This document shows, one piece after another, positions 47,850 to 58,350 of a DNA stretch of 64,000 nucleotides (positions are counted from its first letter, which is position 1; each line of letters starts with the position of its first letter). Location of the stretch: positions 107,536 through 171,535 of the forward strand of contig CAWJHN010000003.1 of assembly GCA_963842725.1 (NCBI GenBank). The letters run 5' to 3'. This DNA comes from an uncultured Actinomycetes bacterium (GTDB lineage: Bacteria; Actinomycetota; Actinomycetes; S36-B12). A program made the position numbers and the translations under genes. The notes beneath the pieces were generated by a model, which worked only from the letters and a program-made list of their open reading frames with translations, had not been told where the DNA came from and did not search any database.

Positions 47850-48772
47850 GGCGCGCGCCCTTCACCGCCCTCGCACCCCTGATCCGGACCGACGACCGCA
47901 TCGTCATCACCGGCGCCTCGGGCTGGCTCGGACGGTCGCTGCTGCACGAACTGTCCGCCGCCCTCGCGGATCGCTTCGACGACACGGTCCTCGCCCTGGG
48001 CGCACGGCCCCGCACGGTCACGCTCCTCGACGGGCGGCCGGTCCCGGTCGGCGCGTGGAACGAGGCGGACGTCACCGCCTGGCGGCCGACGGTCGCGGTC
48101 CACCTCGCCTACCTCACGGCCGACCGCTTGGCGGCAGCCGGAGGCGAGGAGGCGTACATCCGGCTCAACGACGACCTCACCCGACGAGCCGCGGCACTGC
48201 GCCGGACTCCGACGCTTCGGACGTTCGTGGCCAGCAGCTCTGGTGCCGCCACCGTCGCGGGCACGGACAGCGCCCTGGGCCGCCACCCCTACTCGCGCAT
48301 GCGCCTCGCCGAGGAGAACGACCTGCTCGCCGCGAGCGACGTTCCGACACTGATCGCCCGTGCCTGGTCCGTGAGCGGGGGCTACTGCAACCGTCCGAAG
48401 TCCTTCGCCTTCAGTGATTTCGTCACCTCGGCCATTGACACCGGGCAGGTGGTCGTCAGGGCGCCCGGCGTCGTGCTGCGTCGATACGTCGACGCCGGCG
48501 AGTATCTCGCGGTCGCCCTGGCCGAGGCCCTGTCCGGGCGCACCGGCGTGCTCGACTCCACCGGCGAGCTGGTCGAGATCCGCCAGCTCGCGCATGCCGT
48601 GGCGGACGAGCTGGGCGGCAGCGTCGTGGAGGCGGCGCCCGATCCCGCGGTCCCCGTCGACCGCTACGCGTCCGATGACCCGACGATGGCCGCGTGCGCC
48701 ACCGCCCGCGGCCTGACCCTGTCGACGCTGCGCGAGCAGATCATCCGGACGGCCAGGGGGCTGCGCCCCTGA
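47846..48772 (+). CDS. NAD-dependent epimerase/dehydratase (extended SDR)
   Basis: ITGASGWLG, HLAY, SSGA, YSRMR (YxxxK variant). Confidence 0.75.
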   Translation: MRRAPFTALAPLIRTDDRIVITGASGWLGRSLLHELSAALADRFDDTVLALGARPRTVTLLDGRPVPVGAWNEADVTAWRPTVAVHLAYLTADRLAAAGGEEAYIRLNDDLTRRAAALRRTPTLRTFVASSSGAATVAGTDSALGRHPYSRMRLAEENDLLAASDVPTLIARAWSVSGGYCNRPKSFAFSDFVTSAIDTGQVVVRAPGVVLRRYVDAGEYLAVALAEALSGRTGVLDSTGELVEIRQLAHAVADELGGSVVEAAPDPAVPVDRYASDDPTMAACATARGLTLSTLREQIIRTARGLRP

Positions 48773-49543
48773 TCACCAGACCTTCCAGGGCGCCGAGCCG
48801 TCGGCCCACATCTGGTTGAGCATGACCGACTCGCGGTAGGTGTCCATCGGCTGCCAGAAGCCCTCGTGGCGGTAGGCCGTGAGCTGACCGTCACCGGCCA
48901 GGCGGGCGAGCGGCTCGTTCTCGAGGATGCACGAGTCGTCGAGGTAGCCGAGCACCTGCGGCTCCATGATGAAGAAGCCCACATTGATCCAGCCCTCGAG
49001 CCGGGGCTTCTCCCGGAAGTGGCGCACGTGACCCGCATCGTCGACGTCCATGACGCCGAAACGCGACGTCGGCTGGACCGTCGTGACCGTGGCCAGCGTG
49101 CCCGACGCGTCGTGGAAGTCGCGCAGGGCGGTGATGTCGATGTCCGCCAGTCCGTCGCCGTACGTCACCAGGAACGGCTCGTCGTCGAGGTACCGAGCGG
49201 CGCGGTGGACGCGCCCACCGGTCATGGTGTCGTGTCCCGTGTCGGCCACGGTCACGGTCCAGGTCCCCTCATCGTGATGATCGTGGAAGACGACGGACTG
49301 GCGGCGCCCGAGCTCGATCGTGAAGTCGTTGTTGCGCGCCTCGTAGTTGAGGAAGTACTCCTTGATGACCTCGCCCTTGTACCCCGTCGCGATCACGAAT
49401 TCGGTGATGCCGAAATGGGCGAGGTTCTTCATGATGTGCCACAGGATCGGACGGCCGCCGATCTCGACCATCGGCTTCGGGCGGAATTCGGTCTCTTCGC
49501 GGAGGCGCGTGCCCAGGCCTCCGGCGAGCAGGACTGCCTTCAC
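48773..49543 (-). CDS. rfbF: Glucose-1-phosphate cytidylyltransferase
   Basis: LAGGLGTRLREET..RPKPMVEIG, TMTGGR, TYGDG, FWQPMDT, APWKVW. Confidence 0.95.
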   Translation of the reverse strand: MKAVLLAGGLGTRLREETEFRPKPMVEIGGRPILWHIMKNLAHFGITEFVIATGYKGEVIKEYFLNYEARNNDFTIELGRRQSVVFHDHHDEGTWTVTVADTGHDTMTGGRVHRAARYLDDEPFLVTYGDGLADIDITALRDFHDASGTLATVTTVQPTSRFGVMDVDDAGHVRHFREKPRLEGWINVGFFIMEPQVLGYLDDSCILENEPLARLAGDGQLTAYRHEGFWQPMDTYRESVMLNQMWADGSAPWKVW

Positions 49544-49607
49544 GGGCCCTCCATCGATGTCCACGCCAGTGTCCACACACTACTTGGTCACCTCGTAGGC
49601 TCTCGGT

Positions 49608-50936
49608 GTGTCAGACACCCTCGCCGACAAGCGCCGAAGCATTCTCGAGCAGGTCGCGGAGTATGCGCGGGAGGCGGCCGCCGAGGTCGGATTCGTGCCG
49701 GGCGAGACCACCGTCCCGGTATCGGGCAAGGTGCTCACCCCGGAGGACTTCGTCGCCCTCGTCGACTCCTCGCTCGACGGCTGGCTGACGGCCGGGCGAT
49801 TCACCGAGAAGTTCCAGCGCGCCCTGGCCCGCTACGTCGGCGCCCGGTCGTCGGTGTTCGTCAACAGCGGCTCGAGCGCGAACCTGCTGGCCCTGACGGC
49901 ACTGACGAGCCCCAAGCTCGGCAAGCGCGCCCTCAAGGAGGGGGACGAAGTGGTGACCGTGGCCATGGGCTTCCCCACCACCGTGAACCCGATCCTGCAG
50001 AACCGGCTCAAGCCCGTGCTCGTCGACGTCGAGCTGGCCACCTACGACGCCATCAGCTCCCAGCTGCGCGAAGCGGTCGGCCCCAGGACCCGCGCGATCA
50101 TGATGGCGCACACCCTCGGCAACCCGTTCGACCTCGACACCGTCCAGGAACTGTGCAAGGAGCACGGCCTGTGGCTGATCGAGGACTCCTGCGACGCCCT
50201 AGGGTCCACCTACCGCGACAAGCGGACCGGCAGTTTCGGCGACACGGCGACCGTCAGCTTCTATCCCGCGCACCACATCACGACGGGCGAGGGCGGTGCG
50301 GTGTTCGTGAAGTCCCCCCTCGTGCGCAAGCAGGTCGAGTCCTTCCGGGACTGGGGTCGGGACTGCTACTGCGAGACCGGCCACGACAACACCTGCCTCA
50401 AGCGCTTCGAGTGGCAGCTCGGCGACCTGCCCGTCGGCTACGACCACAAGTACATCTACAGCCACATCGGCTACAACCTCAAGGCAACCGACATGCAGGC
50501 CGCACTCGGCCTGTCCCAGCTGGCGAAGCTCGACGGCTTCGTCGCGTTGCGCAGGCGCAACTTCCGACACCTCACGAAGCGGCTCAAGGGGACCGAGGGA
50601 CTCATCCTGCCGAAGGCGACACCGCACTCGGACCCGTCCTGGTTCGGGTACCCGATCACCCTGAGCCCGGACCTGCCGATCAACCGCGAGGAGCTGCTCC
50701 GCTTCCTCGACTCACGGCTGATCGGCACGCGCCTGATGTTCGCAGGGAACATCCTGCGCCAGCCCGCGTACCGCGGCATCGATGCCCGGGTGGTCGGCAG
50801 TCTCGCCAACTCCGACATCGTGATGGCGCGCTCATTCTGGGTCGGCGTGTACCCGGGACTCACGCCCGCGATGCTCGACCACATCGCCGACTCGATCCTC
50901 GAGTTCATCACCGACCCGCGCAACCACCGGGGCTGA
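49608..50936 (+). CDS. rfbH: CDP-4-keto-6-deoxy-D-glucose 3-dehydratase (E1/DdhC)
   Basis: [49 protein letters not shown]...DNTC, YDHKY. Confidence 0.95.
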   Translation: MSDTLADKRRSILEQVAEYAREAAAEVGFVPGETTVPVSGKVLTPEDFVALVDSSLDGWLTAGRFTEKFQRALARYVGARSSVFVNSGSSANLLALTALTSPKLGKRALKEGDEVVTVAMGFPTTVNPILQNRLKPVLVDVELATYDAISSQLREAVGPRTRAIMMAHTLGNPFDLDTVQELCKEHGLWLIEDSCDALGSTYRDKRTGSFGDTATVSFYPAHHITTGEGGAVFVKSPLVRKQVESFRDWGRDCYCETGHDNTCLKRFEWQLGDLPVGYDHKYIYSHIGYNLKATDMQAALGLSQLAKLDGFVALRRRNFRHLTKRLKGTEGLILPKATPHSDPSWFGYPITLSPDLPINREELLRFLDSRLIGTRLMFAGNILRQPAYRGIDARVVGSLANSDIVMARSFWVGVYPGLTPAMLDHIADSILEFITDPRNHRG

Positions 50937-50938
50937 CC

Positions 50939-52012
50939 GTGCACGTACTTGTCACCGGGCACACGGGCTTCAAGGGAGCCTGGCTCACCATGATGCTGAC
51001 GGAGCGTGGACACCAGGTCAGCGGCCTGGCGCTCGACCCGCTGCCGGGTGCGCTCTTCGAGGTCGCCGGACTCCACGACCTGCTCGAACAGGACCATCGC
51101 GTGGACATCCGCGACGCCACGGCAACGCACGCGGCCATCTCCACCACCCGGCCCGACGTGGTGATGCACCTCGCGGCGCAGCCGCTGGTGCGCGCTTCCT
51201 ACGCCGATCCCGAGGGCACCATGGCCACGAACGTGACGGGGACCCTCCATGTGCTGCAAGGCATCTGGGCCACCTCGTCGGTCCGGGCGAACGTCATCGT
51301 CACCACCGACAAGGTCTACCGGAACGTCGGTCAGGCCGAGGGGTACCGCGAGGACGATGCACTGGGCGGGACGGATCCCTACAGCGCCTCCAAGGCGATG
51401 GCCGACCTGCTGACGCAGTCCTGGGTCGCCAGTTTCCCCGGACCGGCCACGGCCATCGCGCGGGCGGGCAACGTCATCGGCGGCGGCGACGTCAGCCCGG
51501 ACCGACTCCTGCCGGACCTGATCTCGTCCTTCGCTGCGAGGAGGGCGGCCGTCCTCCGCTACCCGGCTGCGGTCCGGCCCTGGCAGCACGTGACCGACTG
51601 CCTGAACGGATACCTGCTGCTCGTCGACGCCCTGCTGGCCGGAACCGGCGCCGGTGCCTGGAACTTCGGCCCCGACCCCACCGCCTTCTCCACCGTCGGC
51701 GAGGTGGCCGACCTGGCTGCGCGGGAGTGGGGCGCCGGAGCGAGCTGGACCACGGACGACGGCGAGCACCCGCATGAGGCGCACCTGCTCACGCTGGACT
51801 CCGCGAAGGCCCGAGCCGAACTGGGCTGGCGTGACCGGCTGGAGGTGGAGGCGGCCGTGACATCCACCGTCGACTGGCATCGTCGGGTCACGGGCGGTGC
51901 CGATCCCCGGACCGTGACGTTGGAGCAGCTACGCGACTTCGCCGACCGCGGCGCCGGCCCTGATCGGGACGTCGTCCCTGACCACGACGTGCCTCCCGAT
52001 CGCGGTCACTGA
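50939..52012 (+). CDS. rfbG: CDP-glucose 4,6-dehydratase
   Basis: TGHTGFKGAWL, HLAAQPLV, TTDKVY, DPYSASK, RAGNVIGGGD, RPWQHV. Confidence 0.93.
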   Translation: MHVLVTGHTGFKGAWLTMMLTERGHQVSGLALDPLPGALFEVAGLHDLLEQDHRVDIRDATATHAAISTTRPDVVMHLAAQPLVRASYADPEGTMATNVTGTLHVLQGIWATSSVRANVIVTTDKVYRNVGQAEGYREDDALGGTDPYSASKAMADLLTQSWVASFPGPATAIARAGNVIGGGDVSPDRLLPDLISSFAARRAAVLRYPAAVRPWQHVTDCLNGYLLLVDALLAGTGAGAWNFGPDPTAFSTVGEVADLAAREWGAGASWTTDDGEHPHEAHLLTLDSAKARAELGWRDRLEVEAAVTSTVDWHRRVTGGADPRTVTLEQLRDFADRGAGPDRDVVPDHDVPPDRGH

Positions 52013-53386
52013 CGCACCCAGGGCGAACGCCCCTGCGACGATGCCGGCGATGCTGGCGAGCAGCGTGTTCCACACCACGATGCTGTTGACCGCCACGAGC
52101 GACAGCATCACGAGCGACGAGTACAGCATCACCGGAGAGCGCGGACGCGCAGGTCGGGCGAGCAGGGGCACCGCCAGGAGCAGGAAGGCCGCCTTGTAGG
52201 CCCAGCCGAATCCGGCGATCAGCACGCTGGACAGGAACAGGGCGCTGCCCGCCGCCGCCAGCATCGCGTCGTGCACGGGCACCCGGCGCAGGGAGAGCGC
52301 GAACGCGACGCCCCACGCCGCGGCGAGCAGTGCGGCCAGCAGGACGAGGAGGTCACCCGCCTGCCAGCCCTCCGCCGGGAACACCGCGTCGACCATCCGA
52401 GCCACGATCGGGATGCGACCCAGCACGACATAGTCGCCGATCTCGGTCATGTTGTCGTTCGACTGCAGGCTGAACCTCAGGTTCTCCCACGTGAGCACGA
52501 CGAAGGCAAGGCTCGCTATAGCGAAGGCGACGATGACCGTCCACCCGCGCCGGATGCGCAGCGCCGGCACGAGCATCAGCCCCATCGCGAACGGGTAGTA
52601 CTTCCAGGTTCCGAGCAGCCAGATCGCCACGGCCGCCAGGTACCACCACCACAGTCGGTCCGACCGACGCACGAGGACAACGGTCCCGATCGCCACCCAG
52701 ATCGCGAAGACGTCGAAGTTCCCCCGCTCGAGCATCAGCAGCCACGGTGCCCCGACCGCCGCGACCAGGATCACCAGCGCGCCTCGCCCGGCGCTGTTAC
52801 GGGCGATCCAGACCAGCGCGAGGCTCGAGATGACCATCGCGATCACGCCGAGGACCTGTGCGTTGGCCGCCGAGGCGAGGTCGAAGGGCACGTACTGCAG
52901 CCACAGCGAGCCGGGGCCGTAGATCGAGGGATCGGGCAGGCAGCCGTTGTGCTCGGCGTACACGTCGAAGCCGTACGAGGCGCAGTCGACGCTGCGCAGG
53001 ACGAGGGCGAGATCCCAGAACCGCTCTGAGCCCTGGGGGACCCGGAGCCCCCGGTACATGAGCTGGGCCATGGTGGCCTGCGACGTCGTGACCAGGAGCC
53101 ACGGCACGACGCTGAGCACCAGGGAGATGAGCCCGACCAGCCAGGCGAAGCCGCGGCCCACGCCGATGTCGACGCGCCGGATGAACACGGGCAGCAGAAA
53201 CGCCACCAGCAGGACGCTCATGGCGGCGAAGGCGGCCTGGGTGAACCCGGGGGCCGCCTCCTTGCCATCGGTCGTGATGACCCGCAGCACCTGGACCAGG
53301 ATCGCGGAGGTCGCGGCGACGGTGAGGCCGGCCGCCGTCCACATCGCCCTTCGGACGCCCACGCCCGCAGCGCGGGTACTCGTCAC
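51929..53386 (-). CDS. Polytopic membrane protein, GT87/GT-C-like
   Basis: FWDL loop, ERGNFD, KYYP motifs; 11-12 TM segments; start uncertain. Confidence 0.55.
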   Translation of the reverse strand: MTSTRAAGVGVRRAMWTAAGLTVAATSAILVQVLRVITTDGKEAAPGFTQAAFAAMSVLLVAFLLPVFIRRVDIGVGRGFAWLVGLISLVLSVVPWLLVTTSQATMAQLMYRGLRVPQGSERFWDLALVLRSVDCASYGFDVYAEHNGCLPDPSIYGPGSLWLQYVPFDLASAANAQVLGVIAMVISSLALVWIARNSAGRGALVILVAAVGAPWLLMLERGNFDVFAIWVAIGTVVLVRRSDRLWWWYLAAVAIWLLGTWKYYPFAMGLMLVPALRIRRGWTVIVAFAIASLAFVVLTWENLRFSLQSNDNMTEIGDYVVLGRIPIVARMVDAVFPAEGWQAGDLLVLLAALLAAAWGVAFALSLRRVPVHDAMLAAAGSALFLSSVLIAGFGWAYKAAFLLLAVPLLARPARPRSPVMLYSSLVMLSLVAVNSIVVWNTLLASIAGIVAGAFALGASVTAIGRHVVVRDDVPIRAGAAVGEVA

Positions 53387-53449
53387 GGGAACTCCCCTTC
53401 GGCGACGGACCTCGTCGGTGGACGCGGCTTGCGCTGGGATACTACAAGG

Positions 53450-54289
53450 ATGGCACCGGTCGTGAGCGTCGTGATTCCCGTCTTCAACGGTCTGCCGCAC
53501 CTCAAGGACGCGCTCGACTCCGTGCTCGCTCAGGACTACCCGGACGTCGAGGTGGTGCTCACCGACGGCGGCTCGACGGACGGCTCGCGCGAGTGGCTTC
53601 GCACGATCGACGACCCGCGGGTGCGCGTGTTCGAGTCCCCCGAGCGCACGTCCGCGGCCGAGAACTGGACGGAGTGCTCGAGGCTGGCCACCGGTGCCTA
53701 CGTCAAGCTGCTCTGTCAGGACGACCTGCTGGCACCCGATGCGCTGACGCGGCAGGTGTCGGACCTCGAGCGCCATCCGGATGCCCTGATGGCCGTCGCC
53801 CAGCGCGACATCGTCGACGTGCGTGGCCGGGTGCTCTACCAGCGGCGAGGCTGCGCAGGCCTTCCCGACGGGCTCGTCGCGGGCACGACGGCGCTCGCGG
53901 CGTCCTACGGACAGGGCACCAACGTGTTCGGCGAGCCGGTCGCGGTCCTCTTCCGACGTGCGGTCCTGGATGCCGCCCTGCCCTGGAACGACGCACAGCC
54001 CTTCCTGCTGGACCTGGAGCTCTACACGCGGATCCTCGAGCAGGGACCGCTGGTGGTGCGACGCGAGTCGATCGGCGCCTTCCGCGTCAGCGAGAGCTCC
54101 TGGTCGACCCAGCTGATCCACACCCAGGTCGAGCAGATGCGCGGCTGGCAGCACGATTTCGAGGAGAAGCAGCGGCCCGCCCTCGGCCGGGCGACCCGCA
54201 CGGCGGCGCGCCTGCACCTTCGCCGGCAGGCGCTCCTGCGGCGCGGCGCGTACCGGGTTCTCCGCATGCGCGGCGCCTTCACGTCATAG
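53450..54289 (+). CDS. Glycosyltransferase family 2
   Basis: VIPVFNG, DGGSTDGS, LCQDD, GEP. Confidence 0.88.
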   Translation: MAPVVSVVIPVFNGLPHLKDALDSVLAQDYPDVEVVLTDGGSTDGSREWLRTIDDPRVRVFESPERTSAAENWTECSRLATGAYVKLLCQDDLLAPDALTRQVSDLERHPDALMAVAQRDIVDVRGRVLYQRRGCAGLPDGLVAGTTALAASYGQGTNVFGEPVAVLFRRAVLDAALPWNDAQPFLLDLELYTRILEQGPLVVRRESIGAFRVSESSWSTQLIHTQVEQMRGWQHDFEEKQRPALGRATRTAARLHLRRQALLRRGAYRVLRMRGAFTS

Positions 54290-54323
54290 CGCCGGTACCT
54301 CGGGCTTTCACTAGACTCCGCCC

Positions 54324-55343
54324 ATGCCGGAATCTCCCACGCCCACCCCCTTGCGGGTGAGCGTGGTCGTGCCCGTGTACCAGGGTGAGGCCACCCTCCC
54401 GTCGCTCATGCAGGAGCTGCTGCCCCTGACCTCCGTGCAGACGACGCCGGGTGGTCGGGCCTTCCTGGTCTCGGAGGTGCTGCTGGTCTGGGACCGCGGA
54501 CCCGGACGAAGTGACGACACCCTGCGCGCGTTGCGGCAGGCGTACCCGTTCGTGCGTCCGATCTGGCTGTCGCGCAACTTCGGCCAGCATGCCGCGACGC
54601 TCGCCGGGATGACGTCGTCCAGCGGCGACTGGATCGTCACGATGGACGAGGACGGGCAGCAGGACCCGGGCTACATCGGCGAGCTCATCGACTGCGCGTA
54701 CGACGAGGGGGCGCAGCTCGTCTATGCGGCGCCCTCCAACGCGGCGCCACACGGCTTCCTGCGCAACCTCGGCTCGAAATTCGCCAAGTGGCTCTTCGTC
54801 ACCGCGCTGTCCGAGAACGATGTGGCCGCCTTCAACAGCTATCGCCTCATCCTCGGCGAGATCGGCCGCAGCGTGGCCGCCTACACGGGTTCCGGCGTGT
54901 ATCTCGACGTCGCCCTGTCGTGGGTGGTCGCCGATGTGGCGACGCACCCCGTGCCCATGCGTTCCGAGGGTCGGCCGGCCAGCAACTACAACCTGCGCCG
55001 ACTTCTCTCGCACTTCGGGCGCATGGTGGTCTCGTCCGGCACCCGTCCGTTGATCTTCGTCTCGCTGCTGGGCGTCATCTTCGTGGTCATCGGGGCCCTG
55101 GTCACGCTGTGGGTGGTCATTCAGGCGTTCGTCGGCGATGTCCCCGTCGAGGGCTGGGCGTCCACGTTCATCGCGATCCTCGTCGTCGGCGGTGCGACCC
55201 TCCTCTCGCTCGGAATCATCGCCCAGTACGTGGGCGCGGCGACGAACATGTCGCTGGGCAAGCCCCTCTATGTCGTGGTCAGCGATCCACGCGACACGTT
55301 CCCCGAGCCGGGGTCCCTCCCCGATCCCGGCGCAGACGACTGA
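54324..55343 (+). CDS. GT2 polyprenol-phosphate glycosyltransferase (ArnC/GtrB-like)
   Basis: VVPVYQG, LSRNFGQHAA, MDEDGQ, two C-terminal TM helices, GIIAQY. Confidence 0.85.
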   Translation: MPESPTPTPLRVSVVVPVYQGEATLPSLMQELLPLTSVQTTPGGRAFLVSEVLLVWDRGPGRSDDTLRALRQAYPFVRPIWLSRNFGQHAATLAGMTSSSGDWIVTMDEDGQQDPGYIGELIDCAYDEGAQLVYAAPSNAAPHGFLRNLGSKFAKWLFVTALSENDVAAFNSYRLILGEIGRSVAAYTGSGVYLDVALSWVVADVATHPVPMRSEGRPASNYNLRRLLSHFGRMVVSSGTRPLIFVSLLGVIFVVIGALVTLWVVIQAFVGDVPVEGWASTFIAILVVGGATLLSLGIIAQYVGAATNMSLGKPLYVVVSDPRDTFPEPGSLPDPGADD

Positions 55344-55345
55344 TC

Positions 55346-56266
55346 GTGCTCACCTGGACCATCGGCTCCGGCGGACTCCTGGGCGGCGCCGTGGACCGCC
55401 AGTCCGCCCGTTCCTTCGCCGCCTCCGCCATTCCGTGGTCCGATCCCGAGCGCTCCATCGCCACCCTCGGCCGCGAGCTCGCCCGCTTCCGCGAGGAGGC
55501 CGGGTCGGGCGAGTGGGCACTCATCTGGGCAGCGGGCCATGCGACGACGGCGACCGGCTCGGCCGTCGCCGCGGTCGAGCGTCAGGTCTTCACGTCCTTC
55601 CTGTCCCTCCTGGTCGGCTGCGCGCCCGCGGGCGACGGCGCGTTCTTCCTGACCTCGTCGGCGGGAGGCGTCTACGCCGGATCGCCTGCGCCGCCGTACG
55701 ACGTGCGGACACCGATCCGCCCGATCAGCCCGTACGGCGACCTCAAGGCGGCCCAGGAGCAGGACGCCCTCGTACTGGCGGACACCTGCCCGGTCGTGAT
55801 CGGCCGGATCAGCAACGTCTACGGCCCCGGCCAGAATCTCCGCAAGGTCCAGGGGCTCGTGACCCGCCTCGTCCTCGCCGCAGCGACGCGCCAGCCGATC
55901 AACATCTTCGTTCCGCTCTCGACCCTCCGGGACTACGTGTTCGTCGACGACGCCGCGCGCGCGGTTCATGCCTGGACCCGGCACGCCATCGAGGCCACGG
56001 CTCCGCAGGAGACGTGCATCGTCGCCTCTGGCGAGTCGACCGCGATCTCGCATCTCATCCGCACGGTTCAGGACGTCAGCGGTCGACGCGTTCCCGTCGC
56101 CCTGGGATCTCATGCCAGTGCCCAGAGTCAGGCTCTGGACCTGCGTTTCGTCCCCACGCCGGTCCCCGGCGGCCGGCACCGGGCGCCCACGACGCTCCCG
56201 GTCGGGACCCGCCTGGTGTTCGACGACGTGCTGCGCCGGCTCCAGGCCTCCGGAACGGGGCTGTGA
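55346..56266 (+). CDS. NAD-dependent epimerase/dehydratase
   Basis: GSGGLLG, SSAGGVY, YGDLK, RISNVYGPGQ, RDYVFVDD. Confidence 0.85.
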   Translation: MLTWTIGSGGLLGGAVDRQSARSFAASAIPWSDPERSIATLGRELARFREEAGSGEWALIWAAGHATTATGSAVAAVERQVFTSFLSLLVGCAPAGDGAFFLTSSAGGVYAGSPAPPYDVRTPIRPISPYGDLKAAQEQDALVLADTCPVVIGRISNVYGPGQNLRKVQGLVTRLVLAAATRQPINIFVPLSTLRDYVFVDDAARAVHAWTRHAIEATAPQETCIVASGESTAISHLIRTVQDVSGRRVPVALGSHASAQSQALDLRFVPTPVPGGRHRAPTTLPVGTRLVFDDVLRRLQASGTGL

Positions 56267-56305
56267 CCCGGAGCAGCCCTCCGACCGTCCCGCGCGGGAC
56301 GGCCT

Positions 56306-58276
56306 CTACGGCTCGAGCCCGGCCGATGCCGGGTACCTGGCCAGCAGGCTGTCGATCGTCTCGAGGCCCTTCACATTGTTGCTGAAGTCGAGCAGGATCA
56401 GCTGCTTGGCGCGGACCTCAGGTGGCATGTCGGCGAGGTAGTTGTAGACGTCGGCCCAGGCCGGCGTGTTGGTGAGCCACTCCCGACGCAGCCAGTCGAC
56501 CAGCGGCTGCGCCGTGCTGTCGGCGCCGCTGAGGCCGCTGAGGATGCGCGAGCAGGTGTAGGTGATCTGCCCGTTCGGCAGGGCACTGGGCACCTTGTCG
56601 CCCGGCGCGAGCATCACGCACCCGATCGGGTTGTCGGCGATGGACTGGTCGGCCACCGGTCGCACCTCCGCCGGCCACCAGTAGCCGGGCCGATCGCCGG
56701 CGATCGATGACCACTGCTGCGGCCTCAGCTGAGCCGCGGACCTCGGCAGCAGGGTGTCGACGGTGAGGGCGAGGATGACCGCCACGAGCGCGACGATGCG
56801 CGGGTTGGTCATGCCTCGGCCACCCGCGTCGAGCTGCATGAAGGCCAGGGGAAGGCTGGCCGCCAGCAGGACGACGACGGTCAGGAAGATCATCTTGGAT
56901 GCGCCGTAGTGCGGACCCTCGCCGGTGACCCACAGGTCGCCGATGGTGATCAGGACCGAGTAGCCGATGAGCAGCGCTCCCGGAACGAACCGGATGAGGA
57001 TGCGCCGGTCACGCTGACCGGCCGTCGACAAAGCACCGAACAGGTAGGTCACCGCGACGAGCGAGACGCCGAGCAGGAGCACGAGGATCGGTCCGGTCTC
57101 CTCGGTGCCCCCCGTGCTGGAGAACAGCGGGAACGACGGGAGGGTCATGGCGACCGGATGCATGATGGCCCCCACCGTGCGCACCCCGGCACCGCCGCCC
57201 AGGCTGGTGACAACACTCTCCGCGGAAGCCGTGGTGGTGCCGATCGCGTACTGCAGGCTACTGGTCAGCGGGAACCACATCACGAAGGTGACGGCCACCA
57301 GGAGCGCGGCCGAGATCCAGTCCACCGACCGCAGCGAGAAGCCCGCCCGCACCCAGCGACGCACGTATACGAACGCATAGCCCGCGACGATCGCGAGGCC
57401 CACCATGTTGAGCGGGAACCACACGATGACCGACGTCACCACGACCAGCGACATCAGCAGGTGCACGCGCGGCATGCGGTACCCGACCAGGAAGACGACG
57501 ACCCACAGGCCGACCGTCGTGATGATGAACTGGAAGGTCAGGTGCCCATACCGGGTCACCACCAGGCTGGCCGCGCCGAGCAGGAAGGCCGACACCCACA
57601 CGATGGACGCCGGAATCAGCTGCCTGTTCCCCTTGCCCCTCCCGACCCGCGTGACGGCCAAGGGGGCGAGCGCCATGGGCACCGACGCCACGAGGAAGAA
57701 CTCGGCATAGATCACGGCGTTGACGGCGACCGCGACCTCGTTGACCCCGCCGAAGAGGATGCTCGACAGAACGGCGATCGCTGTGCCGACCATGACGACG
57801 ACAAGCTGCAGGGGGCCGCCCATCGGGATCACCTGGGTGATCGGCACGCCGGCCGCCATCTGCGACGAGAAGTCCAGCCACTTGGCGTTGTCCTCGCCCA
57901 CGGGATGGTTGAAGAAGTAGCCGACCCCCGCCAGGATGCCGTCCTCCGGAGGCACGAACCAGCGCACGATCACGACGATGAGGATGAACACGAGCATCGG
58001 CCCGAAGACAACGGCGAGGTCCCGCCTGAACGGCGTGCGGTGGCGTGCCCGCGCTAGGAAGGCCGCCCCGGCGACCAGTGCGAGCAGAGCCACCAGGGCC
58101 CACTGCAGGCCGACGAACGTCCAGCGGAATCCGTGCTCGAGCGTCCATCCGATCACGCCGCCGCCGAAGCCGAACGCGACGGCCAGAGCGATCGCGAGCC
58201 ATGCGGCACTGCGCACCCAGACGTAGGCGATGACGGGCAGGACGAGGAAGGCGACGAGGAAGCCGGCGTTGGCCAT
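56306..58276 (-). CDS. Large polytopic membrane protein, GT-C-like
   Basis: About 13 TM segments, acidic loop GEDNAKW; SD aaggagg before ATG 58276. Confidence 0.6.
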   Translation of the reverse strand: MANAGFLVAFLVLPVIAYVWVRSAAWLAIALAVAFGFGGGVIGWTLEHGFRWTFVGLQWALVALLALVAGAAFLARARHRTPFRRDLAVVFGPMLVFILIVVIVRWFVPPEDGILAGVGYFFNHPVGEDNAKWLDFSSQMAAGVPITQVIPMGGPLQLVVVMVGTAIAVLSSILFGGVNEVAVAVNAVIYAEFFLVASVPMALAPLAVTRVGRGKGNRQLIPASIVWVSAFLLGAASLVVTRYGHLTFQFIITTVGLWVVVFLVGYRMPRVHLLMSLVVVTSVIVWFPLNMVGLAIVAGYAFVYVRRWVRAGFSLRSVDWISAALLVAVTFVMWFPLTSSLQYAIGTTTASAESVVTSLGGGAGVRTVGAIMHPVAMTLPSFPLFSSTGGTEETGPILVLLLGVSLVAVTYLFGALSTAGQRDRRILIRFVPGALLIGYSVLITIGDLWVTGEGPHYGASKMIFLTVVVLLAASLPLAFMQLDAGGRGMTNPRIVALVAVILALTVDTLLPRSAAQLRPQQWSSIAGDRPGYWWPAEVRPVADQSIADNPIGCVMLAPGDKVPSALPNGQITYTCSRILSGLSGADSTAQPLVDWLRREWLTNTPAWADVYNYLADMPPEVRAKQLILLDFSNNVKGLETIDSLLARYPASAGLEP

Positions 58277-58350
58277 GTGCCTCCTTCGTCGCGTCGCGCA
58301 TCGGTGCTCGTCGTGGGCGCCTCGGCGCCACCCTAGGGTAACGTGGCGGC

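Noticed and set aside
48866-52012. 1048-aa ORF
   Set aside because: Only the part from GTG 50939 is RfbG; the rest is antisense to rfbF and out of frame over rfbH, a GC-rich shadow.
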